A stretch of 26,008 nt of DNA, taken from an uncultured Bacteriovoracaceae bacterium. GTDB lineage: Bacteria; Bdellovibrionota; Bacteriovoracia; Bacteriovoracales; Bacteriovoracaceae. The notes under the pieces are model-generated. The model saw only the letters and a program-made list of their open reading frames with translations, did not search any database and was not told where the DNA came from. The stretch spans positions 1 through 26,008 of the forward strand of contig CAXGUD010000048.1 of the NCBI GenBank assembly GCA_964012805.1, given 5' to 3'. Both the position numbers and the translations under genes were made by a program. This document shows, in pieces, positions 9,854-19,669 of this stretch (position 1 is the stretch's first letter; each line of letters starts with the position of its first letter).

Positions 9854-10300
9854 TTAGGGAAGGCATACCCAACACAAATCCCAATTATTTCCATTTTTTT
9901 TAAAGCAAGCTGCATTTCCTGGAGAAAAACTTACAACTTCACCATTATTCATAAGATGGGCAGATAAAGCTGTCATAAAAGGATTATGGCCCACTAGCAT
10001 AATACCCTCTGATTCATAATCATTATCTAACTTTTCTTTCCAAACATTAGGAAAATCATCTGGAAGGAGACCGGTTGTTTTTTCAAGAGGAATATCACCG
10101 CTGAGTTTTTCTTTCAATATCATAGAGGTCTCTAAAGCTCTTTGGAGACCGCTATGAAATATCTTGTTAATTTTGGGACTCTTTCCTTCTATTTGACCGG
10201 CAATTCTTGAAACCTGCTCTTTTCCATGTTCGGTAAGTTTTCTATCTCTATCTTTAGCGGCCTGACCGGCTTCACCATGTCTAACTAAATAAACCATCAT
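9854..10300 (-). CDS. sixA: Phosphohistidine phosphatase SixA
   Basis: YLVRHGEA, DRDRKLT..G, HS...RA.ET, L.P, MLVGHNPF. Confidence 0.85.
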   Translation of the reverse strand: MMVYLVRHGEAGQAAKDRDRKLTEHGKEQVSRIAGQIEGKSPKINKIFHSGLQRALETSMILKEKLSGDIPLEKTTGLLPDDFPNVWKEKLDNDYESEGIMLVGHNPFMTALSAHLMNNGEVVSFSPGNAACFKKNGNNWDLCWVCLP

Positions 10301-10527
10301 TTAAGTAAACCTTTTCTTTAAAACCACACCTCACAGAATACCAAGAGAAATCGAAAAAACCAGAAAAACCAAGAACTTCAAGAAGATAAGAACTTGAAAA
10401 AATTTTATAAAAAAAAAGAAAGGGGAAATGAAAGACCAACTCTTTTCGCCATGTTCCAAAACATTAAAATAAGTCAACAAGATCTTAACTTTTTATTGTC
10501 AGCTATCTAATCAGAGGTATGTAATCT

Positions 10528-12522
10528 ATGATGACAAACAAAATATTCCTCAATTTCTTAATGCTCTTTCTTTTTTTCTTTCAATCAAATAATTCTTTTT
10601 CATCAAGAACAAAAGTTCGCAAAATTCCTCTGGAAGACATTTTAACAGAGTTGAAAGTTTTAGAACAAAACCTACAAATCCAATACAAATCAACATACGA
10701 TAAAAAGTTCACACCTAAACCAATAGAAATTTATCAAAAAGTTATTTTAAAAGATTGCCATCTAACCCTAAAAACATACACCAAGGAAGGGCTTATTTTT
10801 AGAGATTTTTATGACCTTCTTAAAGCGCGGGCCTTTAAAAAAATAAAAATGCTTCACAAAACTTATACCATAGGATTCGGAAGATCTTCTTTAATGAAAA
10901 GAAGAATGGGCCTCCATTTTAATTCGAAAGAAAAACGGGATGCTTTTTACCCACAATTTAAAAAGCTTTCGTCTTTTTGTAGAGATAAAAGAGTAAGAAG
11001 CTTATTTAGTCAAAAAAGAAACAGGCAAAACAAAGAAGGAGAGAAGACTGTTTTTAATGGAAGAGTTCCAGTAAATCATGCAGAAACTGCAGGTCGAGTT
11101 TTCGATGATAATCAAGACGTAAAAATCGCACACCTTTCTGGGGAGATGTCTTTTCTAGAGAGGCATGATTCAATAATTAACGCTAAAAAGTCCATACTTA
11201 TTCAATCACTACTCTTCCGAGGGGACGAAGTAGGAAAACTTCTTGGTGCAAAACTCATTCAAAGGAGACAAGAAGGGCTCGATATAAGAATAATGGTGGA
11301 TGGACTTGCCAGCCAAATATTTGATAATCCAGTAGTCAGAAGTCACAAAAAAAATACTAGGATATTGCTTCATAATTTAATGGCCGCGGGAATAAGAGTT
11401 TATGGTTTTTCTTGCAATTTCTCTCCATTTAAAAATGAGATGAGGGGTGTAGACTTAGGAAAACTTACCCACAGAAATCACGACAAAATTTGGTTGGTAG
11501 ACTCAGAAATACCTGGAGAAGAAACCTCTGTAGGTATTATGGGTGGTATAAACTTTGCCGCAGAGTATTTTCGTTTAGAGGCAAGGCAAGAATTTAATTG
11601 GAGGGATCATGATGTTGCAATAAAAGGACCCATCCTAAAAGAAATGAGGGAATCATTTTTTCGATTTTTCACAGAAAAATCAATTCGCTATAGAACATCG
11701 AAATATGATAAAAAATGCTTCAACCCTTATGATCCAATCAAAGAACCAAATAAATACCATTATTTCAAAAATACAAAATCAAAACCTTATAAAGAAGCTT
11801 CTTTAAAGGATAAAATTTTAGTCAATTTATCGGAAATAAGGATTAAAAAACTTATCAAAGACCGTATATCTATTTACGATGACCCACATGACTATAAAGT
11901 GCCTTTCCCTAATTACCACAACATTCAACGCTCCAGGTATATACATGCGAGACCAGATGAGGGAGAGGACTACATTATCAAATCTTATTACCAATTAATT
12001 GAGTCGGCCAAAGAAGAAATTCTTATAGCTAACTCTTATTTTTTACCAAGTCCGCGTTTAAGATCTCTTCTTCGCAATGCAATGAGAAGAGGAGTCAATG
12101 TCACTATTTTAAGTAACCACGCTAATGCTCATAAAATGAATATGATTAACCTTGTTGGAAGAAGCTATTATTATAATCTCAAGAAAGATTTTCCAAACAA
12201 CCTAAGGGTTTTAGAATGGGTTGGAAAAAAGCCAAATGAAAAATTGCCTTCCCATACAACTATGCATTCAAAATACATGGTCATAGATGGTGAAGTTGCC
12301 ATTCTTGGTTCACATAATCTGGATTATTCCAGTCTTTATAACTCTGAAACGGCAGTAATTTTTGAGTCTGAATCAGCAGCTATGGAATTAAAAGAGTATT
12401 TTAGTAAAATGGAAAAATATAGCCTTGAACCCTCTATGGATACCCTCGCATATTATAAAAAACCTAAAGGTGGTGATTTGATTATTTTTAAAATCCTAAA
12501 GTTAATTGAACACCGATTATAA
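10528..12522 (+). CDS. Secreted phospholipase D family protein (cardiolipin-synthase-like, two HKD motifs)
   Basis: Signal-peptide-like N-terminus; RNHDKIWLVD and MHSKYMVID HxKxxxxD motifs, GGIN, WRD, YFLP, GS.NLD. Confidence 0.85.
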   Translation: MMTNKIFLNFLMLFLFFFQSNNSFSSRTKVRKIPLEDILTELKVLEQNLQIQYKSTYDKKFTPKPIEIYQKVILKDCHLTLKTYTKEGLIFRDFYDLLKARAFKKIKMLHKTYTIGFGRSSLMKRRMGLHFNSKEKRDAFYPQFKKLSSFCRDKRVRSLFSQKRNRQNKEGEKTVFNGRVPVNHAETAGRVFDDNQDVKIAHLSGEMSFLERHDSIINAKKSILIQSLLFRGDEVGKLLGAKLIQRRQEGLDIRIMVDGLASQIFDNPVVRSHKKNTRILLHNLMAAGIRVYGFSCNFSPFKNEMRGVDLGKLTHRNHDKIWLVDSEIPGEETSVGIMGGINFAAEYFRLEARQEFNWRDHDVAIKGPILKEMRESFFRFFTEKSIRYRTSKYDKKCFNPYDPIKEPNKYHYFKNTKSKPYKEASLKDKILVNLSEIRIKKLIKDRISIYDDPHDYKVPFPNYHNIQRSRYIHARPDEGEDYIIKSYYQLIESAKEEILIANSYFLPSPRLRSLLRNAMRRGVNVTILSNHANAHKMNMINLVGRSYYYNLKKDFPNNLRVLEWVGKKPNEKLPSHTTMHSKYMVIDGEVAILGSHNLDYSSLYNSETAVIFESESAAMELKEYFSKMEKYSLEPSMDTLAYYKKPKGGDLIIFKILKLIEHRL

Positions 12523-12613
12523 ATAAAGCTTAAAAGAAACAGGTTTAACAAAAAATAAAGAGGATAAAATAAGAAATTAGTATAAAATAGTTGAGAATTA
12601 GGGATTACTTTTC

Positions 12614-13249
12614 ATGAAACGATTATTTTTAAATGTATTGATAATACTTTTCTTCTCTACTTTTTTTGCTTCCATTTCATTTTCGTCAAATGGGAATACA
12701 TGGAAAAAGGTGAATGAAGAGAGCGACATCGAGGTCTTTCTAAAACCATCACCCAACAAAATGCTGGATATTATGAAAGGTGTGGGACTTGTCGATGGTT
12801 CACCAGAGAAAATTGCTTTCATTCTTCTTGACAGCACTCAAAAAAAAAATTGGGACGGTTTGCAAAAAGAAAAAGTTTTGGAACAAAAAAGTCACCTAAA
12901 CAAGGTTTTTTACCAAGCTTATGAAGTTCCATTTCCATTTAGTAACCGAGATATTGTTTTTCGCATTACCTGTGAAAAAACTCAAGATGGCTTTCTAATA
13001 AAGTACAATTCAGAAAAACATTCAAAAGCTCCCAAAACAATTGGCGAGAGAGCAACAATTCATGCAAATTACTTTCTAAAGAGGGTTAAAGGTGGCAAAA
13101 CTTTGGCCAGTGTAGAAGTTATCTTTGACCTTAAAGGAGATGTCCCGGCTTTTATATCAAATATAATTTCCAGAAAATGGCCTATAAGCGTAATAAAGCA
13201 TGTCCGTAGAAAAATAAAGCAAAGTTGGGTGAAAGAAATAAAATTCTAA
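12614..13249 (+). CDS. Secreted START-domain lipid-binding protein
   Basis: Signal peptide, W.......I.V, PFPFSNRD.V, D.KG.VPAFI.N...KWP, typical of START domains. Confidence 0.75.
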   Translation: MKRLFLNVLIILFFSTFFASISFSSNGNTWKKVNEESDIEVFLKPSPNKMLDIMKGVGLVDGSPEKIAFILLDSTQKKNWDGLQKEKVLEQKSHLNKVFYQAYEVPFPFSNRDIVFRITCEKTQDGFLIKYNSEKHSKAPKTIGERATIHANYFLKRVKGGKTLASVEVIFDLKGDVPAFISNIISRKWPISVIKHVRRKIKQSWVKEIKF

Positions 13250-13365
13250 AAGAGATAAATTTTTTTTATCAGTGTTTTTTTGACACCCAATTGATTCTAA
13301 AAAAACCTTCCAAGTTTCCTTTTGACAACACTTACTTAATTTAGGTCCTTTTTTTTGATTTAAAT

Positions 13366-13382
13366 TTGGCATAAAAATTGCT
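13366..13382 (+). promoter_or_regulatory. sigma54 (RpoN) -24/-12 promoter
   Basis: TTGGCATAAAAATTGCT matches TGGCA-N6-TTGC with exact GG-N10-GC spacing, about 45 nt upstream of the ATG at 13425 (RBS AAGGAGG). Confidence 0.75.
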
Positions 13383-13424
13383 TCAATAAAAGTCAGAAGA
13401 ACTCTTTTATCCAAGGAGGAAAAA

Positions 13425-14033
13425 ATGAATTCTAAATTTAAATTGTCTGTTTTTATCACAACCTGCTTAACTCTCTTATCCTTATCCTCTTTAGCTCAAG
13501 ACGATATTGAGCTTGGCCAACCCGGCTATGGTGGAAGTGGTTGTCCATCTGGAAGTGCGAGCGCAACCTTAAGTCCTGATAAAAAATCCCTTAGCTTAAT
13601 TTTTGACGAGTTTATAGTTGAGGCAGGAGGAGAAACACGAAGGAGAATTGCAAGAAAAAGCTGTAATTTGGCAATTCCCGTCCGTATACCCCAAGGCCTT
13701 AGTATTTCAGTTATCCAAGTAGATTACAGAGGATACAATTATTTACCAAGAGGAGGCTCAGCTAAGTTTAACGCGGAATACTTTTTTGCTGGAAGCCAAG
13801 GACCAAAATATACGAAAACCTTTAGAGGCAGCCTTGATGACGAGTATATTATTGAAAATGCTCTTCCCATTGAAGCTATGGTTTGGTCTCCATGTGGTGA
13901 AGACGTTAACCTTCGCGTAAATACAAGTATGACAGTAAGAACTAACAGTCGAAGAAGTGAAGCCCTCTCAACCGTTGATTCAGCTGACTTCAGGTCTGGA
14001 ATTATTTATCAACTTTCTTGGAGAGAATGTTAA
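13425..14033 (+). CDS. Secreted DUF4360-family protein
   Basis: Signal peptide; YGGSGCPSGS, LIFDEF, RKSCNL, VDYRG, WSPCG, C-terminal WREC. Confidence 0.85.
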   Translation: MNSKFKLSVFITTCLTLLSLSSLAQDDIELGQPGYGGSGCPSGSASATLSPDKKSLSLIFDEFIVEAGGETRRRIARKSCNLAIPVRIPQGLSISVIQVDYRGYNYLPRGGSAKFNAEYFFAGSQGPKYTKTFRGSLDDEYIIENALPIEAMVWSPCGEDVNLRVNTSMTVRTNSRRSEALSTVDSADFRSGIIYQLSWREC

Positions 14034-14078
14034 ATATAAAAATGAGCTCCAAGCATTAATTTTACAAGCATACATTTC

Positions 14079-14115
14079 AAGCCCATGGACACCTTTCCAT
14101 GGGCTTATTTTTTTT
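14079..14115 (+). terminator. Rho-independent terminator
   Basis: 11-bp stem AAGCCCATGGA / TCCATGGGCTT with 6-nt loop, followed by a T-run, downstream of the DUF4360 gene. Confidence 0.85.
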
Positions 14116-14172
14116 ATCCTGTTGAAGAAGTTTAATTTTTTTATTATAAGTCTTTATTTAAAAAGGTCATTT

Positions 14173-15360
14173 ATGAAAAAATTAAATTGGATTCCAAAAT
14201 CTTTAATTGTTTTTGCATTTATTTTCCCTTTTCTATCCTTTTCAGAGACTTTGAATAGTGGTTCCTTTGAAGTTCTTCCTTACCTTATAAAAAAAAATAA
14301 AGATCAAGTTCATTTGCGTTTTCAACAAAAAAATTCGCAAAAACTTTTCTTTAAAAATAACTCTTCAAACCTTATCGAAGTCAAAACAAAGAAAAAGGAA
14401 CTTACAACTTTATCTCCTTTCTATCAAAAATGTGGTCATCCATTAAAAATATCCCTGAGTGACGATAGAGAAAATCCTGTATATAAAAGAACACTAAAAG
14501 CTTTTCCCTGTGACCCAGAGAAGGCTTTTTCTTTTGTTTTTATAAGCGATACTCAAAAACACCATGAAAAACATAACAAAATGGCGAAACTTCTCCTAGA
14601 CCGGATAAAAGACCGTCCAATAAACTTTATTATTAATGGAGGTGATATTGTTCAGGATGGGTCTGTAGAAAAGAATTGGACAAGCTTTTTAAGTGCTTCA
14701 GTTCCCTACTCTCAGATGTTTCCGATAGTACCAATAATAGGAAATCACGATTATTGGGGGAATGTATACGATGATCCCATAGATGATGCTAACGCTGTTT
14801 TTACACCAAAACTTTTTAACAAATACTTAGGTTTAGAAGAAGACAATGAATACGGTTACTACTCTCTCGACTATCCACAATTTAAACTTATTGTACTCAA
14901 CTCAAACTTTCCAAAACTTCCGGCAAAAGTTATAAACCAACAAATGGAGTGGACAAAAAAAGAACTTCAAAAAAGTAAGGAAAAAAAACAACCGGTTATT
15001 ATATCTTTTCACCATGCACCTTTTACATCTAATATCTTTTACTATGGTCCTGTTGCCATTTCTTTTAGAAATAAATGGATTCCTCTATTTGAAGAGAGTG
15101 GCGTAGTCAAATTGATCCTAAATGGTCACTCTCATTTGTATGAGAGGAGCTTAAAAGATGGTATCATGTACGTTGTCGCTGGCCCTTTCGGTGGATCAAA
15201 AAATTGGTTACCAAAAATGAACAATCACTACAGACTGGCCATACACGCTGAAAAGGATACTTTTAGCCTTTTCAAGGTAACAAATACGACTATCGAAATG
15301 GAAACTTTCGATCAAACCAACCAATTAATTGATTCCTTTTCCATTGATCTTGAAATTTAG
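14173..15360 (+). CDS. Secreted metallophosphoesterase (purple acid phosphatase-like)
   Basis: SDTQ, GGDIV, GNHDY, FHH.P and GHSHLYER motifs; ATG at 14173 gives a signal peptide (MKKLNW...) and lies after the terminator, so it is preferred over the ORF-track start at 13957. Confidence 0.85.
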   Translation: MKKLNWIPKSLIVFAFIFPFLSFSETLNSGSFEVLPYLIKKNKDQVHLRFQQKNSQKLFFKNNSSNLIEVKTKKKELTTLSPFYQKCGHPLKISLSDDRENPVYKRTLKAFPCDPEKAFSFVFISDTQKHHEKHNKMAKLLLDRIKDRPINFIINGGDIVQDGSVEKNWTSFLSASVPYSQMFPIVPIIGNHDYWGNVYDDPIDDANAVFTPKLFNKYLGLEEDNEYGYYSLDYPQFKLIVLNSNFPKLPAKVINQQMEWTKKELQKSKEKKQPVIISFHHAPFTSNIFYYGPVAISFRNKWIPLFEESGVVKLILNGHSHLYERSLKDGIMYVVAGPFGGSKNWLPKMNNHYRLAIHAEKDTFSLFKVTNTTIEMETFDQTNQLIDSFSIDLEI

Positions 15361-15454
15361 CCAATAACTTAAATTCTTTGAGGAAAGGTTTTCCTTATTA
15401 AAAAGGAGGTTTTTGCCCTTTTCATAAGCCTCTATCATCTAGACAAAAAAAGTT

Positions 15455-15462
15455 GCCGAATG
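15455..15462 (+). promoter_or_regulatory. Possible sigma28 -10 element upstream of flagellin
   Basis: GCCGAATG about 110 nt upstream of the flagellin ATG; no convincing TAAA -35 at 15-nt spacing. Confidence 0.3.
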
Positions 15463-15569
15463 GTCCTTTAAGAAAAATCTAAATCGTTCTAGCAGTATGC
15501 TTTTTAAATTCTAAAAATAAGAATTTAATTTCCAGAAAGGATAAAAGATCTCTGATATGGAGGTTTTTT

Positions 15570-16562
15570 ATGGGCTTTCGAATAAATACCAATGTTCCCT
15601 CGATAGCAGCACAAAGAAGTTTAAACCAAAATACAAATCAACAAACAAGTACATTTGCCAAACTTGCTTCAGGTACCAGGATTAATAAAGCTGCAGATGA
15701 TGCTGCAGGATTAGCAATGAGTGAAAAGTTAAAGGCCAGGATTAGAGGGACAAAACAAGCAGAAAGGAATGCAAATGATGGCATTTCTCTAATTCAAACA
15801 GCTGAAGGTGCACTTAGCGAAATTTCAAACATATTGATTAGATTAAGAGAACTTTCTGTGCAAGCATCATCAGATACAATTGGTGATAACGAACGTAAAT
15901 TTTCAAATCTAGAATACCAAAACTTAAAAGAAGAAATAGAAAGGATTTCTCAGGTAACAGAGTTTAACAATAAAAAGTTACTAAATGGAGAAGGGGATAA
16001 ATACGACTTTCAAATCGGGCTTTATAATGATGATTTTGAAGATAGAATAAAATACGATGCAATGTTTTTAAATTCAACTTTATCAAGCTTATTTGGTGGA
16101 GAAGATGCAATAAAAAAACAGATAGACTTAAGAAGTCAGCTAAGAGAAATAGAATATAGTGATGATTTTGATAATGAAATCGAAAGAGTTAAAGCAAGAG
16201 AAGCACTCCAAGCAAGTTATGTAAAGAGTCTTACTGAAGGGAATAACAACCGTGTCGCTGGATTAAATGTTATCACTAAGGAATCTGCCCAGCTCAGTTT
16301 AAAAAATCTCGATTCGGCAATACAAAAAGTTTCAGGACAGAGGGCAGAATTAGGTGCCCTTCAAAATAGACTCACTTCTGTCATTAATAACCTCCAGGTT
16401 AGTCACGAAAACTTAAGCGCCACAAATTCGAGAATAAGAGATACAGATTATGCAAATGAAGCTGCTAATGGAACGAGGCTTACCATTCTTCAAAACATGG
16501 GTACTTCTGTATTAAGTCAGGCGAACTCTAATCCTCAGCTAGCTTTAAAACTTATAGGTTAA
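15570..16562 (+). CDS. fliC: Flagellin
   Basis: MGFRINTNV, KLASGTRINKAADDAAGLA, NANDGISLIQTAEGAL, RAELGALQNRL, SRIRDTDYA, VLSQAN..PQ.AL.L; GGAGG RBS. Confidence 0.96.
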   Translation: MGFRINTNVPSIAAQRSLNQNTNQQTSTFAKLASGTRINKAADDAAGLAMSEKLKARIRGTKQAERNANDGISLIQTAEGALSEISNILIRLRELSVQASSDTIGDNERKFSNLEYQNLKEEIERISQVTEFNNKKLLNGEGDKYDFQIGLYNDDFEDRIKYDAMFLNSTLSSLFGGEDAIKKQIDLRSQLREIEYSDDFDNEIERVKAREALQASYVKSLTEGNNNRVAGLNVITKESAQLSLKNLDSAIQKVSGQRAELGALQNRLTSVINNLQVSHENLSATNSRIRDTDYANEAANGTRLTILQNMGTSVLSQANSNPQLALKLIG

Positions 16563-16573
16563 TAAGGAAATAA

Positions 16574-19500
16574 ATGAGCTTATTATCCAAGATAGTAAAA
16601 AAAGAGGTTGATCTTGAGGATTACAGAAGTTCCCCTCAAGGTCAAAGCATATTTAAAAAACTTGAGTCTAAAGTAAACTTAAGAGAACAGTTTTTAAAGA
16701 TAGATCCGTCCATTGAAATAAAAAAAGTTATAGACAGTGAAAAGATTTCTTATTTTGTGATGAGGAACAAAGATTATCACTTTTTAAAATTAGGTCCTAA
16801 AGAAAAGTTCATAGTCGATTTTTTGATGGAAGGAGCTACAATTGAAGACATCTCTTATGAATTCTTTATGGAGTATTCACAATTAGCTGACCAATACATA
16901 GAGCATTTTGTAAATGTTCTTTATAAAAATAATTTTCTAATAAAACCCTATAAAAATATATATGGGGACCTTAATTTGGCCATAAGAAGAGATAGAAAGG
17001 TTTCTTTATTTTCAAAGGTAATGCTGTTCCTAAGAAGAAAAGTATTAAAAAATATGGTTTATATAAGTTCGCTTCACAAATATATAGACTCTATTTATAA
17101 AAATGGTGGTAAATTCGTTTGTTCTAAAGGAGCAACCCTATTTTTTAATTTTTCCATTCTTTTATCTTTTTACGTTTTTTCGACATCTGTGAATTTTGGA
17201 AATATAGATATATTTAGAGTCAATGGCTCTATAACACTAGGTTTAATGGTATTATTCTTAATAAGGGCCATTCATACTTCTCTTCATGAGTTAGGTCACG
17301 CACTAAGTGTTGTTCATTTTAGAAGAAAGGTCATTAAAGGTGGATTAATTTCATTTTTTGGTATTCCATCATTTTTTGTAGACACAAATGATATCTGGAT
17401 GAGACCAAAAAAAGAACGAATAATGGTTTCTTTTGCAGGTCCATACGTCAACCTCATTTTAAATGCTTTTGCTATATTTTTACTTTCAATGAATGACAAC
17501 CCAATAATAGAAGGGTTTCTCTTAAGATTTATTGCTATTGGTGCTCTTAGCGTGTTTATTAATTTCAACCCTCTACTTACATTTGATGGTTACTTCATGC
17601 TAATAGATTATATTGGTTATCCAATGTTAAGAGATAAAGCTATTTCTTTTATAAAAAATTTTTTTACAAGAAAAGGCCATAAAAAAATAAAATCGATGCC
17701 AAGAAAAGAAATGCTCCTTTTATCAACCTATGGTTTCTCCTCTATTTTTTGGCTAATATTTTTTTTAGCATTTGTCTTAAACGTAATGGGATTAAGGGCA
17801 AAAGAGCTTTTGAATGAGTTAATGAACAGCCAATCTTATTTAATAAAAGGTTTTTCTTTTATTTTTATTTCTCTTTTTGTCCTCCCAATAATTATTTCAA
17901 TTCTTGCACTTATATATTTTAAATTAAGAGATATTTTTATTGATTTAAAAGAGAGGTATTGGAATCATTCAATTCGAAATAAAAGTATTATCCTTTCATC
18001 CTTAAATTTAATAATTAATATCCTAACATTTTTTAATTTTAATAATTTAAATTTTTCTATTATTTGCTTCTTATCGGGTTTTTTATTTTTTAAAATTCAG
18101 TATTTAAAAGAAAACAGTCATTTTTTCATCTTTCACTTTATTTATATTTTCTTACTTTCTTCCGCTTTAATCTTGGCTAAATCCATGATCCCAATTAATT
18201 TGATTTTTCTTCCTTACCTATTTATTTTATTCTTATTTGTTTACAAACAGAAAGATTATCCAATTTTTTTCTCTTATTTCTTTGTTTTAACACTATCATT
18301 TAATCTCTTTTTTATTCTTGACCATGGACTTAAACCCAAATTACTTGGTGGTTTATTTTTTTCAACCATTACATTTTATTACTTATGTTCATTTTTTTTA
18401 AAAATGTTGGACTTTAATTCGAAGTTCATGAAAGATGGTCATATAAAAGCCTCTGATTCACAAAAAGTAAAAATTGTGTTCGAAAATCATCTCCATATAG
18501 TTTATAAAATGATGGAGGAAAACTATGGTAAATTTCATGCTAAAAGCTTTATAAAAAGTTTAGATAAGAAATCTCCAGAAATAAGAATTTATTTTGAACC
18601 TTTAAGTGTTAAATATAGTGAGAAACTAAAAAGTATTCATAGTCTTTCTTCCAGTTTGAAAGAAACATTCTTACTTCTTAAAGAAATAAGCCATTACTAT
18701 TTTGGGCAAACTTTTTCTCAAAAAATATTTTTAAAAATTTTGGATGAGGAAAAATGGGTTTTTAGAGAAGTTTTTGAAGAATATGTCCTATCCAGAAACA
18801 AAAAGGGAGTTTTCGATTTCTCATTATTTGTAGAGAACCATATCCAGTTCTTATCAAAATTAGATTTATTCTCCACTTTTAATGAAAAAGACCTCAAGCT
18901 AATATTAACAAATTTAAAAAGTTACCAATTTAAAAATGGAGAGACTCTTACTAAAGAAAATGAAGATGGAGACCAAATGTTTATCCTTCTTGGAGGAAAT
19001 GTTTCTGTTTACAAATTTAGTGAAATAACAAAAAAAGACGAGAAGGTAGCCATACTGGGGCCAGGTGATATATTTGGAGAGAGAACTTTATTTCTTGGAG
19101 AGCCTAGAAGTGCAACAATAATAACTGAAGGAGAAGGTAATCTTCTCATCATGGCAAAAGATGAATTTAAAAAGCTCTTAAAAGTCTCCAGTCCATTTAA
19201 GGAAAAAATCCAAAAAATGGTCGATGAAAGCTTTAAGTTTTTTGACCTTCTTAAATCGGTCCCTTTATTTAAAGACGTTTCCGAAGAAAACCTAAAATTA
19301 TTGGCACCCAAGATTAAATTTGAAACCTTTGAAGTAAATGATTTTATTTTTAAAGAAGGAAATATAGGAAATTCATTTTATATCCTTAAAGAAGGTAAAG
19401 TAGAAATATTTACTGGAACTGATGACAATCAAACAAAAAATATTTTGGCAAATCTAGGTCCGGGGGAGTTTTTTGGTGAAATCGCCTTGTTTAGAGAAAT

Positions 19501-19660
19501 AAAGAGAACTGCTTCAGTGAAAGCCCTTAAAAAAAGCATCAGCCTAAGCATTGCAAAAGAAGATTTTAAGAGCGTTTTTTCGGAAAAAAAGGCTTTAGAA
19601 AGGGTTAGTTCAAGACGATTAAAAGAAATGAATTACTCGGTTAACAAAAAGGATAATTAA
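16574..19660 (+). CDS. M50 (site-2) intramembrane metalloprotease with N-terminal PqqD/RRE-like domain, extra TM segments and two C-terminal cNMP-binding domains
   Basis: HELGH at aa 238, AGPYVN, NFNPLLTFDGY at aa 330; many hydrophobic segments; phosphate-binding cassettes FGERTLFLGEPRSAT (aa 834) and FGEIALFREIKRTAS (aa 967). Confidence 0.85.
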   Translation: MSLLSKIVKKEVDLEDYRSSPQGQSIFKKLESKVNLREQFLKIDPSIEIKKVIDSEKISYFVMRNKDYHFLKLGPKEKFIVDFLMEGATIEDISYEFFMEYSQLADQYIEHFVNVLYKNNFLIKPYKNIYGDLNLAIRRDRKVSLFSKVMLFLRRKVLKNMVYISSLHKYIDSIYKNGGKFVCSKGATLFFNFSILLSFYVFSTSVNFGNIDIFRVNGSITLGLMVLFLIRAIHTSLHELGHALSVVHFRRKVIKGGLISFFGIPSFFVDTNDIWMRPKKERIMVSFAGPYVNLILNAFAIFLLSMNDNPIIEGFLLRFIAIGALSVFINFNPLLTFDGYFMLIDYIGYPMLRDKAISFIKNFFTRKGHKKIKSMPRKEMLLLSTYGFSSIFWLIFFLAFVLNVMGLRAKELLNELMNSQSYLIKGFSFIFISLFVLPIIISILALIYFKLRDIFIDLKERYWNHSIRNKSIILSSLNLIINILTFFNFNNLNFSIICFLSGFLFFKIQYLKENSHFFIFHFIYIFLLSSALILAKSMIPINLIFLPYLFILFLFVYKQKDYPIFFSYFFVLTLSFNLFFILDHGLKPKLLGGLFFSTITFYYLCSFFLKMLDFNSKFMKDGHIKASDSQKVKIVFENHLHIVYKMMEENYGKFHAKSFIKSLDKKSPEIRIYFEPLSVKYSEKLKSIHSLSSSLKETFLLLKEISHYYFGQTFSQKIFLKILDEEKWVFREVFEEYVLSRNKKGVFDFSLFVENHIQFLSKLDLFSTFNEKDLKLILTNLKSYQFKNGETLTKENEDGDQMFILLGGNVSVYKFSEITKKDEKVAILGPGDIFGERTLFLGEPRSATIITEGEGNLLIMAKDEFKKLLKVSSPFKEKIQKMVDESFKFFDLLKSVPLFKDVSEENLKLLAPKIKFETFEVNDFIFKEGNIGNSFYILKEGKVEIFTGTDDNQTKNILANLGPGEFFGEIALFREIKRTASVKALKKSISLSIAKEDFKSVFSEKKALERVSSRRLKEMNYSVNKKDN

Positions 19661-19669
19661 GGAAAAAAA

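Noticed and set aside
13957..14172. N-terminal extension of the metallophosphoesterase ORF in the track
   Set aside because: Overlaps the DUF4360 gene and spans a clear terminator; ATG at 14173 gives a proper signal peptide
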